NCBI GenBank assembly: GCA_963921275.4
Contig: OZ001293.3
Span: forward strand, 2,336,001-2,400,000
DNA from: an uncultured Hormoscilla sp.
GTDB taxonomy: Bacteria > Cyanobacteriota > Cyanobacteriia > Cyanobacteriales > Desertifilaceae
Reading direction: 5' to 3'
Length of the DNA: 64,000 nt
In this document: piece after piece, positions 59,715 through 64,000 of the stretch
Layout of the letters: each line of letters opens with the position of its first letter
Position numbering within the stretch: position 1 is the first letter of the stretch
Made by a program: the position numbers and the translations under genes
The notes under the pieces: model-generated
Told to the model about the DNA's origin: nothing
Seen by the model: the letters and a program-made list of their open reading frames with translations, nothing else
Database searches by the model: none

Positions 59715-60932
59715 TTAAGGATCTATCCAGCGACCGTCTGCCTTAATGAGGTTGATTAATTCTTCAACTCCGCTTGATTCGGGGACTTTTTTGATTTCTT
59801 CTCTACCACGATACAGAGAAATGTATCCGGGCTGTTTGCCTACATAGCCGTAGTCTGCATCTGCCATTTCTCCGGGGCCATTGACAATACAACCCATAAC
59901 GGCTATATCTAGACCTGTCAGATGTTTGGTGGCTTCTCGCACTCGATGGAGCACCTCTTCTAGGTTAAATAGGGTGCGACCACAAGAGGGACAAGCAACG
60001 TACTCGACCATTGTTTTCCGCAGCCCTAGGGCTTGTAGAATACTGTAGCATACAGGAATCTCTTTTTTCGGAGCTTCGGTGAGGGAAACACGAATTGTAT
60101 CGCCAATTCCATCGGCTAGCAGGGTGGCTATTCCTGCTGTGGACTTAATCCGCCCATATTCGCCGTCACCAGCTTCTGTGACACCCAGATGCAACGGATA
60201 ATCCATCCCGAACTCATCCATGCGCTTGACTATCAGGCGATAGGCTGCTAACATGACTGGCACCCGCGATGCCTTCAGGGAGATGACCAGATTGCGAAAA
60301 TCGAGAGATTCACAAATCTTGATGAACTCTATGGCTGATTCTACCATACCTGCTGGGGTGTCGCCATAGGTAAACAGCATCCTTTCGGCCAGGGAACCGT
60401 GATTAACGCCGATGCGCATGGCTTTGTCGGTGTCTCGCAGGACAATCACCAAGGGTGCTAGGGTTTGACGGATTTTGTCGCCTATTTCCTCAAATTCCGC
60501 CTTTGTGTATTCTGTCCTATCTGACTTGGGCTTTTCAAACACGTACAAGCCGGGATTAATCCGGACTTTATCGACATGTTTGGCTACTTCCAGGGCGATT
60601 TTCATGCCGTTGTGGTGGACATCGGCCACCAGTGGCACCTGTTGGTAAGTCTGAATCAGTTTTTGCTTGATTTGGCCTAGGGCTACCGCATGTGCCATGC
60701 TGGGAATGGTGATGCGGACGATTTCGCAACCAATAGAGTGCAGGCGACGAATGGCGGCGATCGATCCTTCTATATCCAGGGTATCTTCGTTAATCATGGA
60801 CTGCACCACGACAGGATAGCCCCCACCGATGGTGACGTTGCCTACTTTCACTGGCCTGGTTTTTCGCCGGTGGATGGTGGTGTCAAAGCTGGGTGGAATG
60901 GATGTGGTTGTGGGTATGGTCAGGGTTTGCAT
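59715..60932 (-). CDS. ispG: (E)-4-hydroxy-3-methylbut-2-enyl-diphosphate synthase
   Basis: [46 protein letters not shown]. Confidence 0.98.
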   Translation of the reverse strand: MQTLTIPTTTSIPPSFDTTIHRRKTRPVKVGNVTIGGGYPVVVQSMINEDTLDIEGSIAAIRRLHSIGCEIVRITIPSMAHAVALGQIKQKLIQTYQQVPLVADVHHNGMKIALEVAKHVDKVRINPGLYVFEKPKSDRTEYTKAEFEEIGDKIRQTLAPLVIVLRDTDKAMRIGVNHGSLAERMLFTYGDTPAGMVESAIEFIKICESLDFRNLVISLKASRVPVMLAAYRLIVKRMDEFGMDYPLHLGVTEAGDGEYGRIKSTAGIATLLADGIGDTIRVSLTEAPKKEIPVCYSILQALGLRKTMVEYVACPSCGRTLFNLEEVLHRVREATKHLTGLDIAVMGCIVNGPGEMADADYGYVGKQPGYISLYRGREEIKKVPESSGVEELINLIKADGRWIDP

Positions 60933-61611
60933 GAGTTGCTGATGTTATCTCTACTTTTCAGATTGCCACAACTGGGGTCACTTTTTCCCAGGAAGTCCGA
61001 CAGAACAATCGAATGGGGCATAGTTCCATGCATTGATTGCGGTACACTGTCTGTAGCTGCCCAGAGTTGCGACTAAAGTGCCCAAAAACTTACACATCTC
61101 TCATATTTGGGGTAATCCTCAGTACGAGCGGGCTATTTTGCGGTGATCAAAATACTCTCGCTCGTTCCGTATTATTGCCATAGCAGGCTGAGTCTTATCT
61201 TTAGAGCGGCAAATCCGGTGTATTACTTGCTTTTTGTGAGGTAAGTCCACTAAGCTAGAAAAAACAGTGGATGGCTAGCCCTGGCTGCTAACTATAAGCG
61301 CTCGCAGCGTGAGCGTGTTACGCCACGAGCTTTGCTGGCTGCGGCTTGAGCGCGCCAATCTTATGCACTCTGTTATACTTGCGCGGATCTACTCGAGGGG
61401 GGAAGTTACTCAAAAAGCACAAGGATATCTCAATTATTCCCCCCCTCGCAATGACATTCTTTAATTGCCTCAAAAAGCGCGGTTTATGACCGTTCAGAGT
61501 ATAGTCAGACATAAGTTTTTTCTTACTGTGTCAAGTATTGTCATTTAAACATCGGGATGTGGGAATTTAGAGCATTATTATACTGACAAGTTAATGCAAA
61601 GATGAGGATTT

Positions 61612-62124
61612 ATGGATCGAAGCTCTAGTAAGGTGATGTTGGATAATAACGAATGGATCAGAGCATTGGGGTTGATTGAATCGAATAGCCGTGCCCTCGC
61701 TGCTTTATCTGATCAAGTCCAATCAGAAGGCCGGGAAAATCGTCAGCGAATTGAGTCCAATAGTCGGGCGATCGCGGCTTTAGGTGAGAAGGTGACAGAT
61801 ACGGAAAAGACGGATTTGGAGCTGATCAAAGCCAATAGTAAAGCGATCGGGAATCTGACTCAGGTTCTAGGTCAGCTGCAAGATGGACAAGCAATGCTGA
61901 CAAAATTGCTTTCAGAACAACAGGAACTTCTCAAGGAGTTTAGAGAGATCGTCAAAGAAATTTTGAAAAGATTGGAACAATCGCAAACTCAGACGAATGA
62001 AGATTTGGAAACGATCACCCATGAACTGATCGGTATGCGAGATGTTTTTTTGAAGATGCAGCAGGAAGTTTTATCTATGTTGCAGGATGGGGAGCAGAAG
62101 CAGCAGTCCCAGTCAGATGGATGA
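61612..62124 (+). CDS. Coiled-coil hypothetical protein with repeated IESNSRA motif
   Basis: 170-aa ORF with GAGG RBS; internal repeats IESNSRAL / IESNSRAI / IKANSKAI. Confidence 0.7.
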   Translation: MDRSSSKVMLDNNEWIRALGLIESNSRALAALSDQVQSEGRENRQRIESNSRAIAALGEKVTDTEKTDLELIKANSKAIGNLTQVLGQLQDGQAMLTKLLSEQQELLKEFREIVKEILKRLEQSQTQTNEDLETITHELIGMRDVFLKMQQEVLSMLQDGEQKQQSQSDG

Positions 62125-62469
62125 TTGGCAAGGGATACCGAAAGGGGATGCTTAGTGAGGGCATCCCCCGATCGGCTTTTATTTAGTAAAGTCAGGAATC
62201 ACCTATTGGGGTGGTTGCAGGCGTTTTTTCCTGATAGCTTCGTCAGCCATCTCCAGCATTGTATCCAAGGAAGTATCTTTGATGAACTTGGACGCGGACT
62301 CTGCATATGAGCGGTGGGGACATTTATCTCCCAAAATGCAGCCGTTGACGCAGGCTTGGGCGCAGTTGATAGTAGGTTCCATGTTCTCCGGGGTGAAAAT
62401 ATCACTTTAGAGATTGTAATAAAAAAGTGGCCTCGGAGGGGCGTCTCGCCTGTCCGGGGGATTGACAGT

Positions 62470-63813
62470 TTAGTCGGACTGCAATTCCAGGATTTTTGCC
62501 CGGGCAAATTTCAGCAATTCTTTAGCTTCAGCAGTTGCTGTAGTTCCTGGCTGCACTATTTCCAAATAATTAATAATACTTTGTAATTTACTCGCGAGTA
62601 AACTCCGGTTGGGATTAGAACCAGCTAGGGTTTGCCACTGGGAAATTAAATCTTTGGCCCGTAGGAGTGCAGTCACAGACTCAAGTTCGGCTTGCCGTCG
62701 AGTTCGCGCTACCCCCAGGTTTTGCTGATATTGAGCTAGTCTTTGTTGGGCATCGACATAGGCAGGATCTGCGAGTGGCACTTGTTTCAGGCGATCGATC
62801 GCTTGCTGCCACAGAAGCGCAATTTCTTGCCATTGGGCGGCGGTGTGGGGCGGGTTTTGGGCGGCGTTAGCAGCTGTCCAACCAAATTGCTTGGCCGCTG
62901 CGATTAAGCTATAGCTGCGCTGACTGGCAGTTGTTTGACTGGAAACTTGCTGAAAATCCCGTCGGTAGGCAGCTAGTTGAGTTTGGGACATCCTTCCTGC
63001 TAGGGTTTGGGAGGGGATTTGATTGAGCAGATCCATTCCCTCTTGCCAAGCGGCGATCGCCTCTTGTTTTTCTGCGGCATCCTGGGCCTGTTGATACTGC
63101 TGCTTGGCCTTGTTAACTGCTGCGGTTCCTTCTGTCAGCAGAGTCTGTGCATTTTGTTCTTGATAAACCTTAGCTTCCATGCGCCCCACCCGTTTGCGGG
63201 CTGATTCAAATTCGTCGAGGGTGAACTGCCAAGTACAACTAAACAAGGTACAGTATCTTTGGGGATAATAGCCGAGAAACCAAACTGGCAAGGCATCCAG
63301 ATGGGATTGTGCTTTTTTTACCTTTTGGGCACTTAATTCAAAATCCGCTCTTGCAGTGGCTTTGTTCACTAGCTGGTCCCCTTGCTCAATAGAGGCGATC
63401 GCCCCGCGATAATTACGATCCATGCTCATATAACTGGGCAGCAGCAAAAGTGGGACAGTCCGTGCCACTGGCCACCTAATCATCGGATAAGGCAAGTTAA
63501 CGACATAGATCAACCCAGCTGCACCCAACAACAGGGCCGCTGGCCACTTCATTTTGCTCAAGGCCGATGGCGGACGGTTAGCTTTAGCAGCTGCTTTCAG
63601 GGCTTTTTCGCTAAACTGGGGAAACACATCCACAACCGTGTCTCGGAGTTCTTCGACTTCAGCAGGGTCGCCTTTTTGCCGACGCAGCTTTTCTAAGCGC
63701 TGCATGACAATCGACTTCTCGGTTTGGCTTAACTGATCTGTGCCAGCACATTGGTAAACTTCGGCTCGCAGGATTTCAAAAGCACGCTTATTCAGACGGG
63801 ACATAGATTTCAC
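62470..63813 (-). CDS. Hypothetical membrane-anchored helical protein
   Basis: 447-aa ORF; one TM helix, NLPYPMIRWPV and AQNPPH motifs typical of a cyanobacterial family. Confidence 0.8.
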   Translation of the reverse strand: MKSMSRLNKRAFEILRAEVYQCAGTDQLSQTEKSIVMQRLEKLRRQKGDPAEVEELRDTVVDVFPQFSEKALKAAAKANRPPSALSKMKWPAALLLGAAGLIYVVNLPYPMIRWPVARTVPLLLLPSYMSMDRNYRGAIASIEQGDQLVNKATARADFELSAQKVKKAQSHLDALPVWFLGYYPQRYCTLFSCTWQFTLDEFESARKRVGRMEAKVYQEQNAQTLLTEGTAAVNKAKQQYQQAQDAAEKQEAIAAWQEGMDLLNQIPSQTLAGRMSQTQLAAYRRDFQQVSSQTTASQRSYSLIAAAKQFGWTAANAAQNPPHTAAQWQEIALLWQQAIDRLKQVPLADPAYVDAQQRLAQYQQNLGVARTRRQAELESVTALLRAKDLISQWQTLAGSNPNRSLLASKLQSIINYLEIVQPGTTATAEAKELLKFARAKILELQSD

Positions 63814-64000
63814 CCCTACTGCTCTTGTGATGAAAGTATTTTTAGTTTATTATTTCATCGATAGAATATCAACCGCAGATTGCTTCGTGCCTCGCAACGT
63901 CAGTTGTGGGTTGTTAATTGTGAATTGAGCACCGGTGATATAAAGGCGGCAGATCCTAGGGCAACCAGCGATCGACTTGCTCAATAGAGGCGATCGCCCC

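Overview
Cyanobacterial chromosome segment: the HIP1 octamer GCGATCGC is dense throughout, and the repeat content suggests a filamentous form. The left ~36 kb is accessory DNA. It holds an eroded cryptic tRNA operon (ten tRNA genes on the minus strand) whose next tRNA is split by a truncated group IIB intron. It also holds a type I R-M island with one hsdM, one intact hsdR and four co-oriented hsdS genes carrying 7 distinct TRDs, plus Fic, M48 protease, a stop-interrupted nuclease toxin with putative immunity gene, a GNAT-PIN-PUA gene with an ASCH gene, and McrBC. Also here are the trcR/alr0855-57-like translational-stress locus, an ORF-less group II intron whose EBS1/EBS2 match a REP-like repeat, and several MITE families, one of which repeatedly sits next to unrelated 21-bp tandem arrays. 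A HIP1-free two-gene glycosyltransferase cassette (Ggs/Mgs-like plus GT4-like) lies between inverted MITE copies at 36.4-40.3 kb. The right part is mostly housekeeping (pucC-like MFS, pyrF, tyrS, PBP1A, lepB, Ctp protease, ispG), with recQ interrupted by IS982. Many genes are pseudogenised. All calls come from reading the sequence by eye; no searches were run.
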